DNA from: Chlorokybus atmophyticus
Lineage: Eukaryota > Plantae > Mesostigma and Chlorokybus algae
Reading direction: 5' to 3'
Assembly (NCBI GenBank): GCA_009103225.1
Contig: RHPI01001132.1
Span: 186,001 to 250,000 of the forward strand
DNA length: 64,000 nt
The notes below the pieces were generated by a model. The model was not told where the DNA came from, made no database searches, and saw only the letters and a list, made by a program, of their open reading frames with translations. Below are positions 48,101 through 59,641 of the stretch, in pieces. The position numbers and the translations under genes were made by a program. Numbering within the stretch: position 1 is the first letter of the stretch; each line of letters opens with the position of its first letter.

Positions 48101-50368
48101 CTAGAGGCCAACATCCACTCGACCCAATGCAGCAAGGCAGGCAGGGCTAGCAACGGGGGCAGTCCACGTGCGGCGCATCCAAACCTTGGCCTGGAGGTAC
48201 TGCAAGCCGTCGCCATCATTCACCTCCAGTCTCGGTGAAGCAATGCAGCTCTCGCGTTGGCTCGGCTGGCTTTTACAGCTGGAACACGCTGGCAGCATCC
48301 TGTCCCAGTCCAAGCCAGCAGACAGGTCTGCTACTTTACGCTAACTGCTTTATGCACGCGAAATGACCCCACAACTGGTGCCTCAGAAACCATTGTGGAC
48401 TGCAACTCTTCTGCCGCGGCCTGCCCAGGCACTGCAGAGTCATACTTGCCATCTGCAGATGGTGTGTCACCCTCGGCCGACTGCTGTGCATAGTCCTCGG
48501 TCGATTTCCTCTTTCGCCGCTTGGCTCTGCCTTCGTGTCTACACCGCTGAGCATCATCGCCAGTCTGCTCAGCGACTACTATTTTCTGAGCAGCCATCAG
48601 TCTCCTCTGCTGTTTTTTTGCTTCAAGAGCTTCGACACCCACCACTGCAATGTTGCGCTTCGACTTTGGGACACTGTGCTGCTTTAAAACACGCTGACGG
48701 CAATTGACAACGACATGGTGTAAGAAGCCGAGCATTGGATAATAGCTAGTAAACTGGATGGGCATGTTGGCAAACGGCAATCAGCAATTGTTGCACAAGC
48801 AAGGTGCATACCTGCAAATGTTTCTTGCCCATCATGTGCGCATTCCACTCTAACACTGTCTCACATCGCACGCCACAGCTTCCACATGTAGCTTCGAAAG
48901 GAGGGTTTTTCGCAGCATCTTCACACTCAATGTGGGTGTGTTGAGGAGGCTCTAGTTGCACCCTTATGTCGCCTGAAAGCGGCCAACAACCCAGCATGTC
49001 ACATTACGTTACCTATGCTTCCGCGCATGGATGACATGCCCGCTGTACATGCCAACAACATACCAACTCCAGATGCCTGCCAACTGGCTAGTTCTGGACC
49101 AAGGCGCTCAACAAAGGCAACAGACCTGTGATGGCCACTCTTGCAGCCGATGCCTATGCGCCTGGCATGTGACATACAAACGACTGATCACTAACACAGC
49201 GGGACGCATACTGCCATGGGACAGTCACCAACCGCGTCAGGCAGTGCGCACTTACATAGTTACAGGTACGATCAGCTTGTGTCTTGAAGTGCTGCTTGGT
49301 TCTGCCGCTTGTGCCTGATCAGGTTGTGGAGCCGACTGCAGTGCCAGCTCGACAACAGACATAGCATTGCATGTTGTCTGTAGGAAAGCACAAATCGTGC
49401 TCCTCAATCGTACAAACTCCTCCTGAGCAACCTCACCCGCAAAGATTGCCTCTGCAACAAACAAGCAACATCAGCAACTGCAGTCGCAATGATGTTACAA
49501 GCTGCACGAGTACGCCAAGATGACATGCAGCATGTCAACCTACACAGAATGCTTCAGTGACATCTCACGATGTGCAACAACAGCGTAATCAGCGAACGGT
49601 CAGCGACGCACGCACGCACAAGACAAGCAGTCTAATCTTACTCTGCAAATCTGCGTTGAGTCCGGTTAGGTGCCTCAAATGAGTGTGCTTCCTGCGACAA
49701 CGCAAGCCATATGCAGGATTCAATACGAGCAATTGAACGAATCAGCAAGGCACCGCAGTTTCAACGACCAAAACAGTATATGACGTGCAAAATGAGACGT
49801 TGACCAGCGCCAGCAAGTCACAAACCGGATCACACGAAAAAACTGCAGGAATACGAACTGCACTCAAACTAGTGCGTTGACAGCAGCCACACATTCCAGT
49901 TGACATTGAATGTCGTCAACAAGTTACGGTATGGTGACACGCAGTGACAAAGTAGCGAAGACAGAGAGAGCTATGCTACTCAGCGTACAACGTGCCGTCC
50001 AAAGCCACAAAGATCAAAGTTAGTGGTGCTAACCAAGCAAGAAGAGTAGCCAGTCCACCATCAACACATGAGCAAGAAGCGCATGAAGCTGCAACTCACC
50101 AAGGATTGGGCACTTTTCTGACGTCAAAATACAGATCCAGCCCAGGAGGCGCTCCATGCTTGAAGCCAAACGACACAAGCTGAACCTTGAGCACTACAGC
50201 CGACCGAGCGGCAGCGGCAGCGGCGGCAGCTGAAGGGTCCGTGTTGGGGTCAACAGCCCTGCCGGGTGCGGACCCGCCCGTAGCGTTCATCACAGAATTA
50301 ATTACCACAGACGACGCCTTGGCCGCAGCAGCTGCGGCCGCCTCCGCAACGCCCCCATCCGCAGCCAT
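48101..50368 (-). CDS. RapZ C-terminal-like domain protein with U1/matrin-type zinc finger
   Basis: Spliced QLVSFGFKHGAPPGLDLYFDVRKVPNP|WKHTHLRHLTGLNADLQ...IGCKSGHHRSVAFVERL (RapZ-C signature), then CGSCGVRCETVLEWNAHMMGKKH. 3' exon structure uncertain. Confidence 0.75.
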
Positions 50369-50417
50369 GACGCCGCCCGCATGCCACGTGTCGCTCACGG
50401 CGGCGGTAGTCAGGCTA

Positions 50418-50794
50418 AAACCCTAACAAGCAGCTACCCGCCCTTTTCGCTGCCCTCATGCAGAAACCGCCGTATAGCACAGGGCGCGACACTTCTCGCT
50501 TCTACCTTTTCTCCTGCGCATTTTGGATTACTTGCCAAAACGCAAACAAAGAAAGTCAGTGTAACTGCCAACAGTGATGCCCGCGTGCAGACTTCGCCTG
50601 CATTGTCGCAGCGCGCAAACGGCCTGCCGATATCATGATATTGGATACATGAGAATATTCGTCCGTGTCCCTGTCCGAGGGCGCGCTGAGCGTAACACAT
50701 CGCTCTAATGCGTATCCCATTGTGATGTATTCTGTACGGCGTATCCCGGTCCTTGTGGTATGCTTGTGCGCTCGCGCACAAAGGCAAAACCCTA
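50418..50794. promoter_or_regulatory. Bidirectional promoter region with two telo-boxes (AAACCCTA)
   Basis: AAACCCTA at 50418-50425 and 50787-50794, between divergent ATGs at 50368 (-) and 50924 (+). Confidence 0.5.
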
Positions 50795-50923
50795 GTCGCA
50801 CAAGCCTTTGTGGGTGCTGTGGGTGCTGGGGCTTGAGGCGGAGCGTGTTGGCGAGCTGGGCGACATCGGCGGCGGCAGCGGCGGCGGCGGCGGCGGCGGC
50901 GGCGGCCCGCGCAGCCCGTGGCG

Positions 50924-51533
50924 ATGGCAGACGAGGGGCTTAGGAAGCTGATTGAGCAGCAGAAGTCATTGCAGTCGCAGAAGGGGACTTTGGTTCACCT
51001 TAAAGCGTGAGTGGCGTTGGAAGTGCATTGCGTGTCAGGATGACTGGTCGGCTCCTCAACAATTGCATTGCTGCTGTGACATTCCGCACCAAACGTTGTC
51101 ACACGTATTACATGGGGTAGTCTCAAGTGCTCGCCGGAGAAGCTGGTGGATTGCCACTGATAACAACGCCGTGACTGCAGGAATAGCCGTGTTACCAGTG
51201 TCTTGATCCCTCTGGCCTTGGCGGGCGTGGGGACCTTCTTTGTGGTAAGCAGGCTGTGCACATAACGTCATGCTTTGAGCACTAATATGCAATCGTGCAA
51301 CTTTATCACAAGTGTCATAGGTTGCCTCATGCATGTAGACATGCAATTAGGCAGAGTCGGCTTCTGGCATAGTCTGCCAGGTGCAGGTGTCGACTATATT
51401 GCTACCACCCACAGTGGTAGCAATATGATCGTCCCTCACGCTGTCATGCTGCTACTGCTTCTCAGCCTGCCTGCGCTTTCAGGCGAAGGCCCTCACCCAA
51501 CTCGTCACCGGCTATGGAAAGGGCGACATCTGA
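50924..51533 (+). CDS. COX7a: Plant-type cytochrome c oxidase subunit VIIa-like small protein
   Basis: Exons 50924-51006, 51181-51244 and 51483-51533 give MADEGLRKLIEQQKSLQSQKGTLVHLKANSRVTSVLIPLALAGVGTFFVAKALTQLVTGYGKGDI*. This resembles the plant COX7a pattern (EKQKYFQ..HTYLKG..DKITSVAIPLALA...G.GKKE). Not captured by the ORF track. Confidence 0.8.
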
Positions 51534-52120
51534 GGCGTAAGTAACGGCCCAAGCCTGGCGCACAGTGTTTCAGCTTGCTTGTGCTAGGATATAAAGGCAT
51601 TTTGTAAACCCAGTAGCCTGCCAGTATGTGTACACGTACATCTCCGTGTGCTTCAGCATGGCACTGCATATAGCCTTTGTGTAATACAACTTTACAGCAC
51701 TTCCATCACTTTGGTTATGCGCCTATTGCGTTTAATGCGTATGGCAGATGTCTTGTAGCAAGCACATGACAGCTACACAAGCAGGCCAGGATGGTGCAAC
51801 AGTGCAGGAGAAGCACGGAATGCACATATACCACACAGTGACCTCATCCTGGTTTTGGCTTTCAGTTCGTTCACAGGGTACTGAGAGTTAGCAGCATCCA
51901 CAGAACAGTAGAGCATTCTCACTGCCATGAGCCGTGCGAGTTTCTGCACAGCTTCTGTGTTATTGTACACACAAGTGTACATGGTCTGGCAGCTGCTACC
52001 ATGCCTACCCACAAACGCTATCACTGATCTTGCGTCAACTCATACGATACAGCATTGCAAACAAATTCATACGCATATATGCAGTTGTACTCTCTCTCGC
52101 TCTCTCTGTCTTTCTTCCCC

Positions 52121-52301
52121 NNNNNNNNNNNNNNNNNNNNNNNNNNNNNNNNNNNNNNNNNNNNNNNNNNNNNNNNNNNNNNNNNNNNNNNNNNNNNNNN
52201 NNNNNNNNNNNNNNNNNNNNNNNNNNNNNNNNNNNNNNNNNNNNNNNNNNNNNNNNNNNNNNNNNNNNNNNNNNNNNNNNCCCCCCCCCCCCCCCCCCCC
52301 C
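52121..52301. other. N gap plus poly-C (assembly gap)
   Basis: Ns at 52121-52280 followed by a C run. Confidence 0.95.
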
Positions 52302-52646
52302 AAGTAACTATCACCACCAATAACGGCCACATCAGCAACCACGTTAGCCTGTTATGATGAACAAGCAGCAATTGCAACCCTTGCATATCTTCTTGTCCAA
52401 CCTGCTGCGTCAAGCGGCTTGACTCAAGCCATGGACTGCTTGAGAGCTGTAGCTGCAAGATTGTGATCAAGACGGACAGCTATAGCCTGCTCCTGGTGCA
52501 ACAAGGACAAAAAAACAGCATACACCAAGGTTTGCTGTTTCCTGCTGACAGTATGATGTGTCGGACAGCATTCCGTCAACAGATTGCGTACATACCTGTA
52601 GGCAAGAGTGATTATTCAAGTTGGTGGGCAGCTTGTCACTCCAGCC

Positions 52647-55148
52647 ATGGTCGACCAGGCCGAGACGAGGGCGGCTGAGGCGGAGCCGAGCGAGGCGACG
52701 GCGCACAAGTTCAAGAGTGTCCAGGGCTCACGGCTGCTTGCTCTCGGCGCCCTTGTTGTCGGCGTCCTTGCAGGTGTGTTGGCATGCCCTGGTTGTATGC
52801 AGCTGTTTCATTGAATAAATGAATCAAGTGCATGACGTGGGCCAGCAGTGGCGTGAGGTAAACTGCTGCTGCTTGACTAAAGGTTGCATGCATGCATTGC
52901 TGCCACTGCTAGCACTCGCTGCACTATGCCCTTAGCTAGCCCTCTGGGGTGTAATATCAGCGTGCTTGCGGCTTACTTGGCCTGGCTGGCGTGTGAACTT
53001 GCGTTAGCATTTGCTGCATATACACCACAGTGCATGAGTGGCACAGTCAACAGGTAAATGCAATGACATGTGTGCATACAGGTTTGCCAGTATGGTATTA
53101 TACAACCACTGTCCACCGCGCCCCGCTGCCCTTCGACGCCATCGCTGCTTTGCAATCCGCTGTGCTAGCTCCCTCCTCTCCAGCAGCAGCAGCTGTGCAG
53201 AGGCTGCCATGCAGCGTACACGTTGTTTCCGTCCTTGCAACCTCCAGCACAACCCAACCTGTTGATGAAAACAGTACACTGGGCTTGCTCAACACGCCCG
53301 GCGACAAAGCATGCCAAGTAACTACTTGATTGTAAGTGTTTGTTGCCTTTGAAGTATATGGCAAACGCTTCAAGTTGCAGGTGACAAGGAGTGTTGTGCA
53401 AGGCAGTGCATTGGCAGAGGTGTTTGTATTGCCAAGCATGGAAGAGACTGACGAAGCATTGGAGAGGCTGCGTGAAGGGCTGAAAGGGGGACAGTATGAG
53501 GTTTTTGTGACCAACTCTTGCACCGCCAACGCACAAAGGTGAGTGTGCTCATCGCTTTTGCAAAGCAGTGCCAGCATGCATGTCCAGGACTGGAACTGCT
53601 GTTTGCACATGACGCACCCTACGGTAGCGTTGCTCATTGGCCAGTTGGTTGCAGTCAACTGATTGTTGTTGAATGCCACTGGCAATTGTCTGATGGTTTG
53701 CTGTGGTTTACACAGGGGAGAGAGTGTGGTACTAGGCAAGCATCGCAGGGCATGGGTGTGCGTGTCCAACTTCGAACCTGAGACGTTAACGCGCGTTGTT
53801 CCGGTTATCGCACATCTGATGGAGAACAACTTTGCAGCGCGTGGGACTGATGTCGAGTTACCATTGTCGTCCAATGCAAGTGCGGTCCTCTCCTTTTCTC
53901 TGCTCAATGCGGGGCCATCAGACTGGCTCTATGGCTGGGACTTTGCTGCAATTGAAGCGACCTACTTGCAGCCCATGCTGGATGCGTTGAGGCCCGTGGC
54001 GACACTTGAAGTAGAAAGCCAAGTGCTGTTTCATACGCGGACAACGGTACCAATGCGTTGGGATGCTTCGCACGGGGTGTTTTTCGTTTCGCACGCAGAG
54101 CTGCCTTTCTTCATCAACCCAAATGACTGGCATATGGATACGTCGCTAGGCACGACCGGGCGCGGGCGACTGGTTCACTTTCTTGTGTACGTGCCAGCAG
54201 CTGATGAGTGCCCCCTCAAGCTTCAGCTGCCAGATGACAATCTCTCCTCCACCAATGGCTTCATTTCACCTGACTTTGGAGGAGTTGTAATCCACAACGC
54301 CCCAAACTGCAGCATATCAAGCCAAGCACAGAACTCTTCCTTTGCTCCTCGCTCATTGCAAATCCTGTCTGCAGAGTCCATGGCTGAGACGTTTGCAGTC
54401 ATTGCTGCTCAGATTCGCACATTGCTGCACCTTCCAGCTGCGCCGCTAAGCGCGGTTGGCGGTATCCGCGTTGCACACGTGCCAGCTGTCGACACAGCGA
54501 TAGCCGAGTGGGAGGTTGATGTACTCAGCAGGCAGCGAGTAGCTGCGGACTTGAACACCGCAGTGGAAACGCTGACTGCCTTTGTGAGCACAGTCAACGA
54601 TCTTCCGGATCTTGTCATACTTGACTCCATTGCTGTTCAGGTATATGATCAAGTTTACAAGCACATTTCAACATGAAACCTCATGTCTATCAGCTAGTTG
54701 TAGGGCATCTGCACAGCTTTTGCAACATATGCACATTGTTGTCAATTTGCTGTGGCACTTGTGCAGGTTACTGCAGCTTTGGCTGCTGCCCACAAGGCTA
54801 TCAGTGCAGCTTCGCGTGGATGCTATGATGATGCAGCTTCGCATGCGCGCGAAGCACGCTTTCTGTCTGAAGAAGCTTTCTTTCACCCAAGTGTTATGGC
54901 CATGCTCTACTTTCCTTCTGAGCATAAGTTGGCCATATACACGGTACGCACAGCGGTTCGCTTTGCAAATTGTCAAATGTTTGTGCGTCAATTTGTTATT
55001 TGCTCACTGCTGTGCGGTTTGCTGGCAGCCCTTCTTTGTGCCCGCTGCGGTTCCAATCTTAGCAGGCATTGTACGCGAGTTGAAACGAAGGCGTGCGAAA
55101 AGAAAAGCCGTATCAGGGCCTCCGCCAAACAAGCTGAAGCCATCATAA
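52647..55148 (+). CDS. PIGS: GPI transamidase subunit PIG-S
   Basis: GLPVWYYTTTVHRAPLPF after an N-terminal TM segment; SFSLLNAGPSDWLYGWDF; VESQVLFH; LPFFINPNDW; FLVYVP; GFISPDFGGVVIHN; EWEVD; AFFHPSVMAMLYFPSEHKLAIY|..PFFVPAAVPIL. Confidence 0.9.
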
Positions 55149-55188
55149 GCTGTCAATCAGTTGATGCTATAGAGGCCCCAACAAATCA

Positions 55189-57091
55189 CTACGCCCCAAG
55201 CTCCTGTCTGAGGCCCATGAGGAAGTAAGTGCCTGAATGCATAGGCTTTCCAAGCATGCATTATACAAGTGAAGCTTGTTGCAATCATGCATATGTGTAA
55301 CCGTGTGCCATATAACAGTGTTGGTCAAAATGTACCTGTCCCAGACACACTGGCAACCAACAGGCAGTGCAATGTGGGCACGGTTCTCCTCAGCATGACG
55401 AGTGTGCTGCCAAAGTGTTTCACTGTTGGCAGCCAGTCTCGCTTGGCAGTAGTCAACCGCAGCCATACTCTATTGGGACACATGTCAAGCACTGTTGCTA
55501 AGATTAGCGGCTGAGACTGTTCTCGTTGTGAACTGTAGCACGAGTCTGCCATACATAACTGAGGTATTACACACCCATCATTAAGGGACAGGTTTGCTGC
55601 ATTTGCATGTGCACCCATAGGAGTTTTGCGCGTGCTTGATGTGTGCTGCACAAATCAGCACAGGCCATCATACCTGAGTACATAATGCTATCTTGCATGT
55701 ACAATGTGACTGTCCTGTGCAGCTGTGTGTTGCTCAACTTGACAACCGCGCAGAGCCTGAAACTCCATCATGTTGTGCGTGCGTGTGCAAGTGCAAATGT
55801 TGGCATATGTGCGTGGTTGTCTTATGGGCTGAGCATATACTTTACTGTACCTTATGTTACAAGTAAAATGTATAGTTGTGTAAGCACACAACCAACAACT
55901 CTGCGAATACCGTAGAGACATGTACACTACAACTTAAAAATAATTATTACATGCCTTATTTTGTAATTTTGATAAGGTATTGTAGGCCTTGTTCACTGTA
56001 ATCTCATTGCATTGAGTTTTGTGGTCATCATCGCGAAAGGTTTCAATGAAAATAAGTCGCAAAAGTGAGTGTGGGTTGTGATGTACGTGTCTCTCGGCAT
56101 TCAGCAATTGCCTTTGGTCAAGTCAATTGCTGACTATCCCTGCCCTCCCAGGCTCTGTTGCTCGGCTTCTCCGTTGATTCACTTTGCAACCACACTATTG
56201 AACTCTTTCACCGTCCCGTGGTAATGCATTATGAGAGATCATTCATGCCACTGCGTGAAATAAAGCAGTTGGCAACATCATCATTGCAACATCATTGCAA
56301 GTACGCGTTCGTGTCACAAATTACAAGCCGTACCGCCTGGGACACGAGCCGTACTTTTAGAAGAGCGTGTGAATCTTCCACGTGGCACTGTACACTTTTT
56401 GGGTACGCAACTGGACTTTTCCTCCCGGTGCGCCTGGCACGCCAATTGCCGGTCACACCAGCTGCTAACCGGACACAGGCTCCAACAGTACCAGTCTTAC
56501 TACAGGTATGCACAGTACATAATGTACTTCTTGTATATAACCGGCAACCTGACCGTTTAGCGCGAGCGGTGTTTCCAACGACTGCTGTGCTCGATGACAC
56601 TCAGCCATGATGAGCGACGTCCCTACCTAAGTTCCGCGCTCTCTGCAATCGTTTCAGGAAAAGTGGGCGACATTGGAGGCAACGTTGGCGGCGGCGGCGG
56701 CGGCGTCGTAGCTGAGCCAGGCTTGCAACCCGGGCTTGCATACCTGCATGTGGGCTTTGTTGTCGCTCGCATCGCACGAGGCGGCTGCTGATTGCAGGGC
56801 CGGCATGTGTTGGCTGTGCTTGCGAGGCTACGCCGGCATGAGGGAGGAGGTGAGGGTTGTGGGCGGCGGCGTGGTGGTTGTCGGTGTCTGTGTAGGTGTT
56901 GCTGCGCGGCGGGTGTCCAGTGTCTGACCCCTTGACCTGAACGCCTCAATGCGGTACGTTGCCGCTGCGGCCAGGCGCAGTCGCGAGCGCTGTCGCGCGC
57001 GGGATGTCAAGCTGGGGGCGGCGGCAGTGGCAATCTTCCTGCTTTTTGCGACTGGCATACCTCTCACTGCCCTTGGAGTAAGCTTGGACAT
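55189..57091 (-). CDS. Probable multi-exon gene of unknown product
   Basis: GC-rich N-terminal ORFs (MPVAKSRKIATAAAPS...), plausible GT-AG junctions and a putative C-terminus ...VASVSGT|GTYFLMGLRQELGA*. No family recognised; exon structure uncertain. Confidence 0.4.
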
Positions 57092-57480
57092 ACAGGTTTT
57101 GTACGTACAGAGTATGGGTTGACATCATGTCGCAATATGTTTGTTTTTACGTTACGTTAAGTCACAGTTATCAGCTATCAATTGCCAAATTTGACGTGTT
57201 GGTTTGCTCCTTGTTGGCCTCTTCAGCAGTGACATTGGTTTATTTGAGCCATGTAGCATGCGTGTATGCAACCTTTGTGTGTCTGTGTGTGTTGAGCTGC
57301 AAGAAAGTGCTTGCGCATCGAAGGGTTGAAATGCAACATGCATGCATGCATGCAATTTCTATGCATGCACGAAGGCCATCTCAGCCATTGGCAAGTGCAT
57401 GCGTTGCAACATCCGTTAAATGCCTGTATACAGAGCGTGGCCACACTTACAACATGTTTTCTTACTTTTCTTGTGCACAG

Positions 57481-58668
57481 GTTTTTGAACTGTACATCCG
57501 ATGTGCTTTGAGCCACGAGCAATGCCCGCGCGCGAGCCTGGATTGGCAGGTAAGACAGCCCGAGGCGAGCCAGACTGATCGCATACCCCACATTATCCAT
57601 CAACAATGGAAGGTGAGCACTTGGTGTCATTACACGCGTGCATGTGGAAGCTGGCTTATGACAACACGTTGTTCAGGATGAGAATAACATACCCGAACAC
57701 TGGCAAGCGCCATCGCAGTCATGGAAGGACTTGCACCCCAATTTTACGTATATAATGTGGAATGACACCATGTGCAGAGACTTTATAGCCAAGGTGTGGT
57801 ATGCACTATGCTGGAGATTGTTTTCTTTTGCTTGTGGTCAGAGAGTCGGCGTTGTGTGGCACAGATGCAAGTATATGTGTAGATTGACGCGTGTTGACAT
57901 GCGTGCAGGAGCATGCATGGTTTCTCCCAACGTACGACAGCTACCCTCACAACATTCAACGGTTTGATTCCGTGCGCTACTTCATATTGTACACTCATGG
58001 AGGTATCTATTCCGACATGGACATTGGCGCGGAGAGGCACGTTGGCGATTTGCTCAAGTATGATGCGGTTATACCCGTAACCAAACCTGTTGGCCTCACC
58101 AACAGCCTGATGCTGTCAATACCCAAACATCCCTTTTTTGAAAAGGTAAGCAGCTTTGCACGCTCAACAAGCATCGCATTTGCCCTGTGCATGGGCGTGT
58201 GGGCGCTTGTAGGCGTGTGCTCACCATAAGTTTGCGTGCATGTGCGTGTGCATGCATGCATAAGTTCGCGCGTATGTGCAGATCGTCAAGCACCTTCCAG
58301 ACTACAACAGGAATTTTATCCTTCCCTACTCGACGGTGATGTTCTCAACTGGGCCCATGTACCTGACGGCTCAGTACTCGGTGTACAGGAACAACGACGT
58401 GGTGGTGCTGCCGCGTCGCCAGTTCGACGGTCAGGACGCGTTCTTCTTCACCGTGGCCGGCTCCAGCTGGCACAAGTGGGACGCAGTGTTCTTCCTCTTC
58501 AGTTGGAAGCACCCCGGGCTCGTGCTCTTCATGCTCTTACTCGTCGCCTTTGCTGCCACGCTTTACCACTCGCTGCCACTTGTGTTTTGGGGACGTGGGC
58601 ACAATCATCATCATCTGCATCACCAGCAGCGCAAGCGAGCATCAGCTGACCGGGAGTTTGAGGTGTAG
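57481..58668 (+). CDS. Glycosyltransferase family 32 (SUR1/CSH1 mannosyl-phosphorylinositol-ceramide synthase-like); 5' end not resolved
   Basis: IPHIIHQQWK|DENNIPEHWQ...WKDLHPNFTYIMWND...|WFLPTYDSYPHNIQRFDSVRYFILYTHGGIYSDMD (DxD); PVGLTNSLMLSIPKHPFF; PYSTVMFSTGPMYLT; GSSWH; C-terminal TM segment. Confidence 0.88.
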
Positions 58669-59641
58669 TGGGATTTTATGACTGCTTCTGAACGCAGGTG
58701 TTCAGTGTGCTAGTTATTATTCCTTGGTGTAGGCGCCCTTGTGTTTGTTTGACTGCGTGCGACGTTTAACATACCAACATGTGGCGCGTGATCTGCCAAT
58801 CGTGCACCACAGACAGCTTATTGTCTGGTATACTACTGAATACCCAAGATGCCCTAGTAGAATGAATGCAACCAAACCAAACATCGCGAGTTCATTACCA
58901 CCAGTTGGTGACACCATGGTGATTCATTGAAAGCACAACAAGTGGTTGACGAACCATAATGATATGGTGTAAGGACATTGTAGCACGCGCTTCAAGTTTC
59001 CACACAACTTTCAGTGTAGCATCACGAGTCGTGATATGATACCGCTAGACTAAATACAATAGAATTGGCGGTTACAACCTCATTAATAGTATAAACGAGC
59101 GTGCGGACGTGCGCCAGACAGTGACGTTGGACAATGTGACTTGTAGCCTGATCTAGCTAATGCGTAGCCGCGTGTATACGCTGCTGGGTTTCAGAAAACG
59201 TCTGCATGTGTCATGCTCACTACATGCATCTTGATATGGCAGTATAGTGCACATGACCAAGTGTTCAGTACATGGCTTCACTTCGATGGCCGCAGTCACA
59301 CATTCAGCAGCAACAGGAGACCATCATTGTGGTCAAAGCACCATGATGACATAGTCACCTGAGCTCCTGCCATGCATTGGGGAACTGACTAATGCCATGC
59401 AGCTTGACATGTAATACATCGTTCATGCATTGTGTCATGCAATGCACGAATGCTGCAATCTCCACGCTGCCGAGCCGTGTCATATTTGGCCAGGTTATAA
59501 TTGCAATGCACTGTCATTCCAATGCGTGCAGTGTACAGTGGCGCAAAAGCGCCCGCAACTTGTGCATCAGCCAGCTTATGCACACACACGTACCCATTCA
59601 GTGACAAAATCAGTGCATAAGTGCTTAAGCTGCAATCATGG

